This document shows, in pieces, positions 15,017 to 28,121 of a DNA stretch of 64,000 nucleotides. A program made the position numbers and the translations under genes. The first letter of the stretch is position 1. The number at the start of each line of letters is the position of its first letter. The notes under the pieces were generated by a model, which was not told the DNA's origin, did not search any database, and saw only the letters and a list, made by a program, of their open reading frames with translations. The stretch comes from Malacoraja senta (lineage: Eukaryota), in assembly GCA_038087875.1 (NCBI GenBank), contig CM075994.1:6822001-6886000 (forward strand), in the 5' to 3' direction.

Positions 15017-17508
15017 AGTTGCTACCTTACAGCGCTTGCAGTGCCGGAGACCCGGGTTCGATCCCGAACACGGGTGCTGAAAAGTACGGAGTTTTTACGT
15101 TCTCCCCATGACTTGCGTGGGTTTTCTTTGAGAACTTCTGTTTCCTCCCACACCAAAGACGTACAGGTATGTAGGTTAATTGGCTTGGTGTAAGTACAAA
15201 TTGTCCCTAGTGTGTGTGTAGGATAGTGTTAGTGTGCAGGGATCACTGGTCGGTGCGGACTCGGTGGGCCAAAGGGCCTGTTTCTGTGCTGTATCTCTAA
15301 ACTGAACTAAACTAAATTACTCAGACAGAATTCCCCCTTAAATGGGCCCCATGATTAATATTGTGATGCTATTTTTATATCCTCCTTCTCAAAGCCAGAC
15401 ATTCTAAATGCTGGAATGTGGACATTCCTGTTCAATGATTTTTCCATCATGTCTTCCCCGTAGCAGTCATGTTACACTCCCATCTGTTAATTAACGCCAT
15501 CAGTTCAATTTAGTTTAGTTTAGTTTAGCGATACAGCGCGGAAACAGGCCCTTCGGCCCCCCGAGTCCGTGCCGACCAGCGATCCCCACACATTATCACT
15601 ATCCTACACACGGCGGCACAGCCGTAAACTTGCCACCTTACAACGCTTGCAGCGCTGGAGACCCGGGTTCAATCCAGACCACGGGCGCTGTCTGTACGAC
15701 TTTTTACGTCTCCCCGTGACCTGCGTGGGTTTTCTTCGAGAACTTCTGTTTCCTCCCACAATCCAAAGCCGTACAGGTATGTGGGTTAATTGGCTTGGTG
15801 TATGTGCAAATTGTCCCTAGTGTGTGTAGGATAGTGTTAACGTGCGGGGATCGCTGGTCGGCGCGGATTCGGTGGGTGGAAGGGCCTGTTCCTGTGCTGT
15901 ATCTCCAAACTAAACTAAATTAACTAAACTAAACTAAACTAAACTTATCTAAACTCTGGGGACAATTTATATTTATACTAAGCCAATCAACCCACAAACC
16001 TGCACGTCTTTGGAGTGTGGGAGGAAACCGGAGCACCGGGAGAAAACCCACACAGGTCACAGGGAGGACGTACAAACTCCGTATAGACAGCACCCAGAGT
16101 CAGGATCGAACCCGGGTCTCTGGCGCTGTGAGGCAGCAACTCTACCGCTGCGCCCCAATAATGTAATGTTGTGCGAGACAACTTTGCCACCTCCACCTTC
16201 AATGTGTCAGGGGTTATGAGGAGAAGGCAGGAGAATGGGGTTCAGAGGGAAAGATAGATCAGCCATAATTGAATGGCGGAGTAGACTTGATGGATGCAAT
16301 CCCTGCATTAAGGGGAGTCCAGAACCAGGGGCCACAGTTTAAGAGTAAGGGGTAAGCCATTTAGAACGGATATGAGAAAACACTTTTTCTCACAGAGAGT
16401 TGTGAGTCTGTGGAATTCTCTGCCTCAGAGGGCGGTGGAGGCCGGTTCTCTGGATACTTTCAAGAGAGAGCTAGATATGGCTCTTAAAAATAGCAGAGTC
16501 AGGGGATATGGGGAGAAGGCAGGAACGGGTACTGATTGGGGATGATCAGCCATGATCACATTGAATGGCTCGAAGGGCTGAATGGCCTACTCCCGCACCT
16601 ATTGTCTATTGTCTATTAAAATAGATGCAATTAAGGATTGTGTCCCTCCCATGTCTCTTGTTTAGTTTACGTAAACTCTGCCAAAATAGATTGACTCATC
16701 TCAGATTTCCATTTGTGTTTCCTTGTTCCTTCTCCTCCCCGCCATTACACTCCTACTCTGCCATCCCAACGGATTCCAGTTCCAATCACTGACTCCAATT
16801 CTTTTGAACTAGTTTATTAGTTCATATTTTGTTACAATAAATTAGAAAGTAGCATAATCCTAAGAAAGATCATAAGAAAGGGGTGGCACGGAGGCGCAGC
16901 AGTAGAGTTGATGCCTCACAGTGCCACAGACCCATTTCGATCCTGACTATGGGTGCTGTACGGAGTTTACGCGTTCTCCCTGTGACCTGCGTGGGTTTCC
17001 TCCCACACTCCAAAGACGTGCAAGTTTTTAGGTTAATTGCCTTTGGTGAAATTGTAAATTGTCCCTAGTCATAGTCATAGACTCATGGAGTGATACAGTG
17101 TGGAAACAGGCCCTTGGGCCCAACTTGCCCACACCGGCCAACATGTCCCAGCTACACTAGTCCCACCTGCCTGCGTTTGGCCCATATTCCTCCAAAATTA
17201 TCCTATCATGTACCTGTCTAACTGTTTCTTAAATGTTGGGATAGTCCCTGCCTCAACTACGTCCCCTGGCAGCTTGTTCCATACACTTGTGTGAAAGGGT
17301 GTGGAAAGGTGTGTAGGGTAGTGTTAGTGTGCGGGGATTGCTGGTCGGCACGGACTCAGTGGGCCGAAGGGACTGGTTCTGCGTTGTACCTCCTAACTAA
17401 ACTCGTTTATTCGTTTATATTTTCTAAATTAGAAAGTAATATAATCATACGAAAGATCATAAGGAAGGGAAATGTAATTGAACTAAATATAGTTCTTTTT
17501 TATTTAAG

Positions 17509-17558
17509 GTACAAATACCACTGAATGAAATGCCACAGCCAGGCGTGGGAATCTCAAG
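17509..17558 (+). CDS. Gene A cytoplasmic exon
   Basis: TTCTTTTTTATTTAAG| acceptor, AAG|GTATGT donor, 50 nt, phase 0-2. Reads VQIPLNEMPQPGVGIS and is phase-compatible with both neighbours. Confidence 0.6.
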
Positions 17559-18386
17559 GTATGTGTTGATAGTACTGATGCCAAATTATGATGCTTTGGC
17601 GAAACAAGGAACTGCAGGTGCTGCTTTACAAAATAGGACACAAAGTGCCGGAGTAACTCGGCGGGTCAGGCAGCATCTCTGGAGAACATGGATAGGACCA
17701 TAGAGTCATGGCATGTGGAGACAAGTCCTTCGGCCAAACTTGCCCATGACGACTTAGATGCCCCATCTGCACTAGTCCCAGATTCTCAATTAGTAAGGGT
17801 GTCAGGAGTTATGGGGCGAAGGCAGGAGAATGGGGGTGAGAGAAAAAGATAGATCAGCTGTGATTGAACAGCAGAGTAGACTTGATGGGCCGAATAGCCT
17901 AATTCAGCTCCTAGAGCTTATGATCCTGCCCGTGTTTGGCCCATGTCCCTCTGAAAACTTTCCCATCCATGTACCTGTCCGACTGACTTTTAAATATTGT
18001 GATAGTCCCTGCCTCAACTACCTTCACCAGCAGTAATTGAGTAAATAAGTTGCCCCTTGGGTTCCCACTTTCCCCTCTCACCTTAAACCCATGTCCTCTG
18101 GTTCCTGATTCCCCTACTCCGGGGGTAAAATACTCTGAGCATTCACCCGATCTATTTCCCTCATATACACCTCTATAAGATCACCCCTCAGCCTCCTGCG
18201 CTTCAAGGGATAATGTCCTAGCCTGTTCAACCTCTCCCTAGATCGGACTTTACTGACTTCATCTTGCACTAGATGTTATTCATGATATTCACATTACCAT
18301 ATATCTGTCCACTGTGAATGGCTTGTTTGTAATCAAGCATTGTCTTTCCACTGACTGTTTAGCATGCAACAAAAGCTTTTCACTGT

Positions 18387-18675
18387 TGTAGTAGGGCCCC
18401 CTCGGTCATGGCTGACCATGGGTGGTGCATCCTCAGATGCAAGCCTGGACAATGTCATATGGAGGACATGCAGCACGTCCCCCTGGTCCACGTCGCTGAT
18501 CAATCCAAAGAAACAGCAGGGCCGTTACAGTTTGGCACCAGCGCCGTGGCAGGAGCTGCCAGAGCGAGGTTGTAGACAATGACGGACTGCCTTAGGGGCT
18601 CCGACTCCGGATTTTTCTTGAGGTTTAATCTTGGAGCCTTTTCCATGATTGGATATGGCCACAAGGCAGTGGAGG
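18387..18675 (-). mobile_element. Short RTE-derived (bipartite-like) non-autonomous retroposon
   Basis: 9-bp TSD TTTCACTGT (18378-18386 / 18676-18684) inside a Rex1-like tail. Minus strand ends CCATGGTCAGCCATGACCGAGGGGGCCCTACTACAA, resembling RTE 3' ends. Confidence 0.5.
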
Positions 18676-19032
18676 TTTCACTGTACACGGGACAATAAAC
18701 TAAACTCATCTATAGCTCAGGCCCTCAAGTCACAGAAACTGAAGGGTTCGGACCCATCCCGACTCGAAAGGTCATCCATCCATGTTCTTCACAGATGCTG
18801 CCCGACCGGCTGAGTTACTCCAGCACCTTGTGTCCTTTGTGATGCATGGCACCTTGCATTCCAGTAGGGAGAAGGGTGATGGAGATAACATGGAAACATA
18901 GAAACATAAACAATAGGTGCAGGAGTAGGCCATTCAGCCCTTTGTGCCATCACCGCCATTCAATGTGATCGGAATCAGTATCCCGTTCCTGCTTTCTCCC
19001 CATATCCCTTGATTCCGTTAACCCTAAGAGCG

Positions 19033-19268
19033 AACAGAGAGTGGTGGACACTGTCCGGTCCATCACAGGCACTGTCCTCCCCACCATCGAAGGGATCTAT
19101 AGAAAGCACTTTTTCAAAAAGGCAGCCACTACCGTCAAAGACCCACACCACTCTGGCCATGCTCTCGTTTCACCGGGAAGTAGGTACAGGAGCCTGAATA
19201 CTGAGATCTCCAGCTTCAAGAATACCTTCTTCCCGACAACCATCAGGCTCTTGAACACTACACACTAA
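19033..19268 (+). mobile_element. Rex1/Babar-like LINE fragment (ORF C-terminus)
   Basis: Peptide VDTVRSITGTVLPTIEGIYRKH...KDPHHSGHAL..PGSRYRSL....SSFKNTFFPTTIRLLN matches the Rex1-type C-terminal pattern. Confidence 0.7.
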
Positions 19269-19715
19269 CGTCAACGATGGGCAGCACGGTGGGGCAGCGG
19301 TAAAGTTGCTGCCTCACAGTGTCAGAGACCCGGGTTCAATCCTGACCTCGGATGCTGTCTGCGTGGAGTTTGCACGTTCTTCCCCGTGACCTGCGTGGTT
19401 TTTCTCCGGTTTCCTCCCACACTCCAAAGACTTGCAGGTTTGCAGGTCAGTTGGCTTCGGCAAAAATTGTAAATTGACCCTAGTGCGTGCAGGATAGTGC
19501 GAGTGTACAGGGTGGTCGCTGGTCGGCACGGACTCGGTCGGACGAAGGGCCTGTTTCTGCGCTGTAAAGTCTGAAGCAATAAAGGACAATCAGGTTGCCC
19601 TGGATTTTTGTGATTTTTTTGTACTACTGTTAGGGCTTGTAATTTAATTTAATTGTTTTTTTTGTGGCATTATATATTACCCATGTGTATTGTGTAACAG
19701 ACAATAGACAATAGG

Positions 19716-19936
19716 AGGAGGACTGGACACTTTGGTGCCTTTCCCTCACGGTGGAGAGTGTTGACTCTGCTGTGGGGGGATGTTCATGTTGAATCTCTAA
19801 ATAGTGTGTCGTGTCTTTTTTATTCTACCTTTTTATTTTTTATTTATATGGTTAATTGTCTGTAAAGCGCTTTGGTTTCAGTAATCTGATTGAAAGGCGC
19901 TATATAAATAAACTTAAAAAAAAAAAAAAAAAAAAA
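19716..19936 (+). mobile_element. 5'-truncated SINE-like retroposon with L2-type 3' end and poly(A)
   Basis: TSD AATAGG (19710-19715 / 19937-19942) inside a CR1 tail. 3' end TGTAAAGCGCTTTG...AAAGGCGCTATATAAATAAA plus an A-tract. Confidence 0.65.
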
Positions 19937-21404
19937 AATAGGTGCAGAAGTAGGTCATTCGGCCCTTCGAGCCAGCACCGCCATTCAATGTGATCTTGCC
20001 TGATCATCGCAATCAGTACTTCGATCCTACCTTCTCCCCATATCCCCTGACTCCGCTATCTTTAAGAGCCCTATCTAGCTCTCTCTTGAAAGTATCCAGA
20101 GAACCGGCCTCCACCCTGTGGCAGAGATTTCGACTCTCACAACTCTCTGGGTGAAAAAGTGTTTCCTCGTCTCCGTTCTAAATGGCTCACCCCTGATTCT
20201 TAAAATGTAGACCCTGGTTCTGGACTCCCCCAACATCGGGAACATGTTTCCTGCCTCTAGCGTGTCCAAACCCTTAATAATCTTATATGTTTGAATAAGA
20301 TATCCTCTCATCATTCTAAACTCCAGAGTATACAAGCCCAGCTGCTCTATTCTCTCAGCATATGACAGTCCCGCCATCCCAGGAATTAACCTTGTAAACC
20401 TATGCTAGCAAGAATGTCCTTCCTCAAATTAGGGGCTGTTATGGGCTGTAAGTAATAATGTAATTGTTCTGTTGTCAGTACACATGGCAATTTAATACAT
20501 GGTTGTGGGGGAGGGAGGGAGGTGATTTACAAATCTTTTGAAGGTTTCCAAATGCCTGCCCTTGAAAGTACCTTGCAAACGCTGCACAATCTCCAAGCTT
20601 GTTTGCATTTTAAACATACAATGCAGAAACAGGTCCTTCGGCCCAACGAGTCCATCGATCGCCCCATACAGTCGCACTATCCTACACACTAGGCCATAGC
20701 CCCAGAATGAAAGGAGGTCACTTTAGAAAGGAGATGAGGAGGAATTTCTTTAGTCAAGAGGGTGGTGAATGTTTCCACTCGTGGGAGAGTCTAGGACCAG
20801 AGGGCAAAGCCTCAGAATTAAAGGATGTTCCTTGAGAAAGGAGATGAGGAGGAATTTCTTTAGTCAGAGGGTGGTGAACCTGTGGAATTCTTTGCCACAG
20901 AAGGCTGTGGAGACCAAATCAATGGATATTTTTAGGGCAGAGATTCTTGATTAGTACGGGTTATGGGGAGAAGGCAGGGGAATGGGGTTAGGAGGGAAAG
21001 ATAGATCAGCCATGATTGAATGGCGGAGTAGACTTTAATGGGATGAATGGCCTAATTCTGCTGCTAGAACTTATGAACATGAACAAGGGACAAATTTGTT
21101 AACAGTTTTTACCATAAATTAACACTGTCCTACACACACTAGGGACAATTTACAATTTTTCCGAAGCCAATTAACCGACAATCCTGTGCGTCTTTGGAGT
21201 GTGGTAGGAAACCGGAGCACCCGGGGAAAACCTACGCGGGTCACGTGGAGAATGTTCAAACTTCATGCAGAGAACACCGTAGTCAGGATCAAACCCGGGT
21301 CTCTGGCGCTGCGAGGCAGAAACTCTACTACCAGACCACTGCGTGCAAATCAAAATTGTTTCTACAATTTTTTTAAACTTTGCTTTTGTTTTGTTTTTCT
21401 ACAG

Positions 21405-21471
21405 CAATGCCGCAAATGGGGAGGAAATGCCTAGAGTGAAGATATCCTGTTTACAAGATGGGATACTTTGA
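21405..21471 (+). CDS. Gene A putative terminal coding exon
   Basis: Strong acceptor TTTTGTTTTGTTTTTCTACAG|. Phase 2 gives (S)NAANGEEMPRVKISCLQDGIL-stop (TGA 21469-21471). Followed by partly unique sequence that becomes AT-rich. Confidence 0.55.
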
Positions 21472-22551
21472 ATGGAGTCAACGTAACCCTGTCAAAAGCA
21501 TTAACCCCATGATGTCCAAGCATTTACCCCTTCAGAAAGGGGAAACATTGCAATCATTCACAAAATAACCATGAGGGAGCTATTCTTCATTTCTGCTGTA
21601 CGTGCTGTAAAAGTATTAATGGTGCTGTCTGAATGGGCTTGCAAGCAATTGATGGGATGAGTGTCTCGCAGAGAATTGATGAAGTTAATCTAGTCCAGGA
21701 CACTGCGCCAGAGGCCCGGGTTCGACCCCGACTACGGGTGCTGCCTGTACGGAGTCCATCGATCGCCCCATACACTCGCACTATCCTACACACATGTGCG
21801 TTCTCCCCGTGACCCGCGTGAGTTTCCTCCAGGATCTCCGGTTTTCTCCCGCACTCCAAAGACGTACAGGTTTGTAGGTTAATTGGCTTCGGTAAAGTTG
21901 TAAATTGTCCCTGGAGTGTAGGACCGCGTTAGTGTGCGGGTTCGATGGTCAGCATGGACTCCATGGACCAAAGGGCCTGTTTCCGCCCTGTATCTCTAAA
22001 ACTAAAAACGAAACTATAATTGACGGGGTCAGTTTATTTTAAAATGCCGTTAACTGCTGGACAACGGGTCTGCTGAACACAGTGACAAAGAACAGCTTGG
22101 GAAGTCTAAATTACTGCTGATAATAACCTGGACAGTACTGTAAACAATGTGTAGGAAGGAACTGCAGATGCTGGTTTACACCGAAGATCGACACAAGTGT
22201 AACTCAGCGGGACAGGCAGCATCTCTGGATAGAAGGAATGGGTGATGTTTCAAGTCGAGACCCTTCTTCAGACTAATTCTGTGAACAATCATCCCTTCAA
22301 TGATACAAATGTGCTATTCCCATCCTTGTCAGCCTCTATACATAAGGAAGTCTGTGTTTCAACTATGTGTTCTTTGTAAAGGTTTTCATTTGAAAATCCA
22401 GTGACTTTTATCAGTAGCTCTGATCAGTCTTTAGGCTTTTAGTTGTAATTCTTTAGCTTTTTTACTTTGTTAATAATGATATGTTTGATTTTAGTTGAGG
22501 TCTGCAGATATTTCAATGCTTTGCTCTGGTGCTGTATAACTGTTGAGCCAA

Positions 22552-22557
22552 AATAAA
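22552..22557 (+). promoter_or_regulatory. Candidate polyadenylation signal of gene A
   Basis: AATAAA at the end of a unique T-rich stretch (~22330-22560), about 1.1 kb after the proposed stop codon. Confidence 0.3.
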
Positions 22558-22975
22558 ATGTTTTAAAAGCTACTACTGGACATGGCAAATCATTAAGAAT
22601 ACAGTGATCCTAATGTGTTGGTCCATCACATGGTTACCTACAATCTCTTAACGGTGACGCAACGGTAGAGTTGCTGCCTTACAGCGAATACAGCGCCGGA
22701 GATCCGGGTTCTATCCCGACTACTGACCCTGTCTGTACGGAGTTTGTACGTTCTCCCCGTGAGTTTTCTCCAAGATCTTCAGTTTCCTCCCACACTCCAA
22801 AGCCGTGCAGGTATGTAGGTTAATTGGCTTGGTAAATGTAAAAATTCTCCCTAGTTGGTATGGGATAGTGTTGATGTGCGGGGATCGCTGGTCGGCACGG
22901 ACCCGGTGGGCCGAAAGGGCCTGTTTCCGTGCAGTATCTCTAAACTAAACTAACCTAGACATCAACTACATTTTT

Positions 22976-23283
22976 GGCCGCACGGTGGTGCAGCGGTAAA
23001 GTTGCTACCTCACAGCGCCAGAGACCCGGGTTCCATCCTGCCCACGGGTGCTGTCTGTACGGAGTTTGTACGTTCTCCCGTGACCCACATAGGTTTTCTC
23101 TCAATACTCCAATTTCCTCCCACACTCCACAGACGTACAGGTTTGTAGGTTAATTGGCTTGGTATAAGTGTAAATTGGCCCTAGTGTGTGTAGGATAGTG
23201 TTAGTGCGCAGAGATTGCTGGTCGGTGTGGACTCAGTAGGCAAAAGGCCTGTTTCCACGCTGTATTTCTAAACTAAACTAAAC
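22976..23283 (+). mobile_element. Representative full-length HE1/V-SINE-like tRNA-derived SINE (dozens of copies and fragments in the window, e.g. 19280-19575, 22650-22953, 29463-29777 minus, 34843-35160)
   Basis: Pol III A box (TGGTGCAGCGG) and B box (GGTTCCATCC), V-domain core (TGTACGTTCTCCCGTGACC...TTTCCTCCCACACTCC), CR1-derived tail and (CTAAA)n terminus. Confidence 0.85.
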
Positions 23284-23589
23284 TGACCCCACCCCCCCTT
23301 ACAATCAGTTGAAGAAGAGTCCCGACCAGAAATGTCATCTATCCATGTTGTTGGAAGGAGGTGCAAATGCTGGTTAAAACCAAAGATAGACACAAAATGC
23401 CAGAGTAACTCAGCGGGATTGGCAGCATCACTGGAGAGAAGGAATGGGCGACGTTTCGGGTCGAGACCCTTCTCACTGCTGCCTGACTGTGTTCCTCGAG
23501 CACTTTGTGTCCTATACGTTATGTTGAGTTGTAAAGAATCTCTATGTTAACTGTGGTATGGTCAATTCTTCTTGTCCTAATCGGTAATT

Positions 23590-23840
23590 TGGTAACCGGA
23601 AACAGGCCATTGTAGCTGTTTGCTGGGTGAAAACAAGAATTTGGTGCGACTTAGGTTGGGGAGGGATAGAGAGAGAGGGGATGTAAGGTTTACTTGAAGT
23701 TAGAGAAATCAAAATCATACCGCTGGGTTGTAAGCTGCTCAAGTGAAATATGAGGTCCTCCAATTTGCATTGGGCCTCACTCTAACAATGGAGAAGGCCC
23801 AGGACAGAAAGGTCAGTGTGGGAATGAGAGGGGGAGTTTA
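23590..23840 (-). mobile_element. Penelope-like element fragment (end of GIY-YIG domain + 3' region)
   Basis: Minus strand reads NSPSHSHTDLSVLGLLHC...LIFHLSSLQPSGM, homologous to the other PLE copies in the window. Confidence 0.7.
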
Positions 23841-25214
23841 ACAATGGTCTCCCAGTACAAACCCCACACAGACAGCACCTGTAGTCAGGATCGGAGCCGG
23901 GTCTCTGGCGCATGGAGGCAGCAACTCTACTGTTGCGCCATCGTGCCACACAACTTGTTTCTTCATGCTCTTTGTTCCAGCATTTGCGTTTTCTTGTGTC
24001 TATTTCTATGGAACTTGTTAGACTGGAAATCTTGGTTGCAAGCCCACACACCCAACCCTAGAGCACTCTCTGCCCCACATGAGATAGAATAGGAATCCTA
24101 ATTATTCTTACCAGGCCCCATGGCGCCAACAGAATTGGCATGGAATCAAGTGGTGGTGAATCTGTGGAATTCTTTGCCACAGACGGCTGTGGACGCCAAG
24201 CCAATGGATATTTTCAAGGCAGAGATAGGTAGATTCTTGATTACTAAGGGGGTCAGGGGTTATGGGGAGAAGGCAGGGAAATGAGGTTTGGAGGGAGAGA
24301 TAGATCAGCCATGATTGAATGGAGGAGCAGACTTGATGGGCCGAATGACCTAATTCTGCTCCTATCACTTCCGACCACAAGTCACAGTCAATCCTGAGGC
24401 GACACCATGAGGAAACTAATATCAGTTCCATCATAGAGTCATACAATGGGGAAACAGGCCCTTCAGCCCACACTGACCAACATGTGCCATCTACACTACA
24501 CCTACATCTACACCTCACTGGTGACCCTCGAACTATCCTTGATCGGATTTTGCTGGCTTTACCTTGCACTAAACATTATTCCCTTATCACGTATTTGTAC
24601 ACCATAAACGGCTCGATTGTAATCATGTCTTGTCTTTCTGCTGACTGGTTAGCACGCAACAAAAACTCTTCACTGTACCTCTAAACTAACCTAACCACTA
24701 TTCCCACCTGCCTGCTTCTAGTCCCTGCCTCAACTACCTCCTCTAGAAGCTCGTTCCATACACCCACCAAACTCTGTGTAAAAATGTTACCCCTCAGGTT
24801 CCTAATAAATCTTTCCCCCGTTACCACAAACCTATGTCCTCTGGTTCTTGATTCCCCTACTCTGGGCAAAAGACTCGATTGTAATCATGTATTGTCTTTC
24901 TGGCATCAGGCAAGAGGTATAGAAGTGTGGAAATGCACACCTCCAGATTCAGAGAATGTGACAATAAACTAAACTAAATCTTTCCCCCTCACCATAAACC
25001 TATGTCCTCTGATTCTCGATTTCCCTACTCTGGGCCTGAGACAGTGTGTCTACCCGATCTATTCCTCATTGACCATCAACTCATTTTTTGTATTGTAATC
25101 ACCAAGTTTAAACCGCACTGGGTCTGAGTTAGAAGGTCATTCAGTAAGTGTTGGGAATAGAATTAGGCCATTCAGCCCATCAAGTCTACTCCGCCATTCA
25201 ATCATGGCTGATCA

Positions 25215-25955
25215 GGATCTTATAGACACATATAACATTCTTAAGGGATTGTACAGACTTGATGCAGGAAAAATGTTACCCATGGTGGGGGAGTCCAGAA
25301 CCAGGGGTCACGGTTTAAAAATAAGAGGTAGGCCATTTAGGACTGAGATGAGAAGAAGAGAGTTGTGAATCTGTGGAATTCACAGAAGGCAGTGGAGGCC
25401 AATTCACTGGATGTTTTCAAGAGGGATATAGTTCCTAGGGCTAACGGAATCAAGGGATATGGGGAGAAAGCAGGAACCGGGTACTGATTTAAGAAGATCA
25501 GCCATGATCAGATTGAATGGTGATGCTGGCTCGAAGGGCCGAATAGCCTACTCCTGCACCTATATTCTATGTCTATGTTTCTATCCACCTCTCCCTCCTA
25601 ACCCCATTCTACTGCCTTCTCCCCATAACCCCTGACCCCCTTGGTAACAAGAATCTATCTATCTCTGCCTTGAAAATATCGTGACTTGGCCTCCACAGCC
25701 TTCTGTGGCAAAGAATTCCACAGACCCACCACCCTCTGACTAAAGAAATTTCTTCTCATGTCCTTCCTGGAAGAACGTCCCTTAATTCTGAGGCTGTGAC
25801 CTCTAGTCCTGGACTCTCCCAATAGTGAAAGCACCCTCTCCACATCCACTCTATCCAAGCCTTTCACTCTTCTGTGTTTCAATGAGGTTCTCGCCCTCAT
25901 TCTTCTAAACTCTGAGTATATGCCCAGTGCCAACAAACGCTCATCGTATGTTGAC
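25215..25955. mobile_element. CR1 3' fragments, tail to tail (25215-25580 +, 25585-25955 -)
   Basis: CR1 C-terminal peptide (ORF 25655..25975) and CR1 3'UTR / CTATGT tail. Confidence 0.75.
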
Positions 25956-27896
25956 CGATGGTCATTGCCTCTCAAGATCTAGAATTCAAGGGAATGCTAC
26001 CTCAACCATAAATCCCTCCTGATATCACAACTGTGCCTTTTCTCACATCCTGCTCCATTTCATCCATGCTTGATGGCGATTACACTCAGCAAAATAAATT
26101 ATTGTCAATCCATTTAAAGAGGCTATGCTGAGTTAATGGGTACAAACTTTGTTTGCCTATGCCTGCAGTTCCTGAAGAAGGATCTCGACCCAAAAGGTCA
26201 CCCATTCCTTCTCTCCAGAGATGCTGCCTGTCCCGCTGAGTTACTCCAGCACTTTGTGTCTATCTTCGGTTTGAACCAACATCTGCAGTTCCTTCAAGTA
26301 AACCCTGCATTCCCTCTCCTCCCCTCTCCCCCACCCCAGTTCCACTGTTCACATCCCTGTATCCCTTCGTTATCACCACTTCCTCAGCCAACAATGGGCC
26401 ATTGTGGGCTCCACCCTTCCTTGGTCATCTGTTGCCGGCCATGCTTTGCTCTGGCCTTTCCCTACCTCCAGTCCCTCCCCCTCTACCTTCGGTCTGAAGA
26501 ACGGTCCCGACCCGAAAAGTCACCCATCCCTTTTTCTCCAGAGATGCTGCCTGTCCCGCTGAGTTACTCCAGCATTTTGTGCCTATCTTTGGTGTAAACC
26601 AGCATCTGCAGTTCCTTCCAACATGTACCTTCTTACACACTGTATGGTGTCAAAGATAAATTGCAAACCTTGAAGAAGAGAGCAAGGGATAGGGATAGGT
26701 AGGTTGCTTAAAAATGTTTAAAGTCCTCTTCATGTGTAATAATAATTCTGTGCTTTAAAGATTGTTGAATTGGAACATGTATACCTGACATTAACAGCAG
26801 TCTACTTCAGTCTGATCCAAGCCTTTCACTATTCTGTGTTTCAATGAGGTACTGAAGCCAATTAACCGACAAACCTATGTGTCTTTGGTGTGTGGGAGGA
26901 AACCGGAGCACTGTTGTTGGCTGAGGAAGTGGTGATAACGAAGGGATACAGGGATGTGAACAGTGGAACTGGGGTGGGGGAGAGAGGAGGAGAGGGAATG
27001 CAGGGGTTACTTGAAGGATCCCGACTGCAGGTCCTGTCTGTACGTAGTTTGTACGTTCTCCCCGTGACCGCGTGGGTTTTCTCCGAGATCTTCGGTTTCC
27101 TCCCACATTCCAAAGACGGACAGGTCTATCGGTTAATTGGTTTGGTATAAATGTAAAAATTGTCCCTCGTGTGTGTGTGGGATAGTATTGATGTTCAGGG
27201 ATCACTGGTCGGGGTGGACTCAGTGGGCCAAAAGGCCTGTTTCTGCGCTGTATCTCTGAACTAAACTGTAACACACGGAGGTCACGGGAAGAATGTACAA
27301 GCTCCGTACAGACAGCACCCGTGGTCAGGATTGAAGCTGGGTCTCGGTTGCTGTGCGGCAGAGACTCTACCGCTGCACCCACTGTGCTGCCCAACAAGGA
27401 ACTGTCCAGTGTGTTGTTTGAACAGTTTGCATTCCCGGTTCCTCCTGTTTCTAGTTTGAGTTCCTGTTTTAGTGCTGATTCTGTCACGTGAAACTAGTTC
27501 GAGAAGTTGAAACCACGGGTTCTGAGACCATAAAGCCCCCCCAACAATATTTGATCTTTCTGACTCATCTGATTAAAAGAGAAGCCCCTGTTTCATAGAG
27601 CAGGAGGGAACTGCAGATGGTGGTTTACTCTGAAGATAGACACAAAAGGCTGGAGTAACTCAGCAGGACGGGCAGCATCGCTGGAGAGAAGGAATGGGTG
27701 ATGTTTTGGGTCGACACACTTCTTCAGACTGAAGAAGAGTCTCAAGCTGAAAACTTAACCCATTCCTACTCTCCAGAGATGCTGCCCGTCCTGCTGAGTT
27801 ACTCCAGCATTTTGTGTCTTTCTCCAGCTTTATAGGCTGGACTGTCACATTATTGTGTTTATTGTGCAGTTTTACTGCATTGTAGCGTTACAGTTA

Positions 27897-28121
27897 AGGG
27901 GCTGTCCCACTTGGGCGTCATTTGCGCATCATTTACGCGACATAATTTACGCGTCATGGCGCGCACGTGACGCGCACATGGCGTGCATTACACGCGCATG
28001 GCGTGTGGTGGCGTAGGTAGTGACGCCTGGTCGCGTGCGGCACCCCAGGATTTTGGGATTCACAAAATCTTCGCGCGCCACCTGCATGACGTGCAAATGA
28101 CGCCCAAGTGGGACAGGCCCT
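27897..28121. mobile_element. PIF/Harbinger-like MITE (225 bp)
   Basis: TIRs AGGGGCTGTCCCACTTGGGCGTCATTTGC / GCAAATGACGCCCAAGTGGGACAGGCCCT with a 3-bp TTA TSD on both sides. Confidence 0.8.

Noticed and set aside
22976..23050. tRNA-like sequences with A and B boxes (many copies)
   Set aside because: They are SINE heads that always continue into the V-domain and CR1 tail; no complete cloverleaf is supported.
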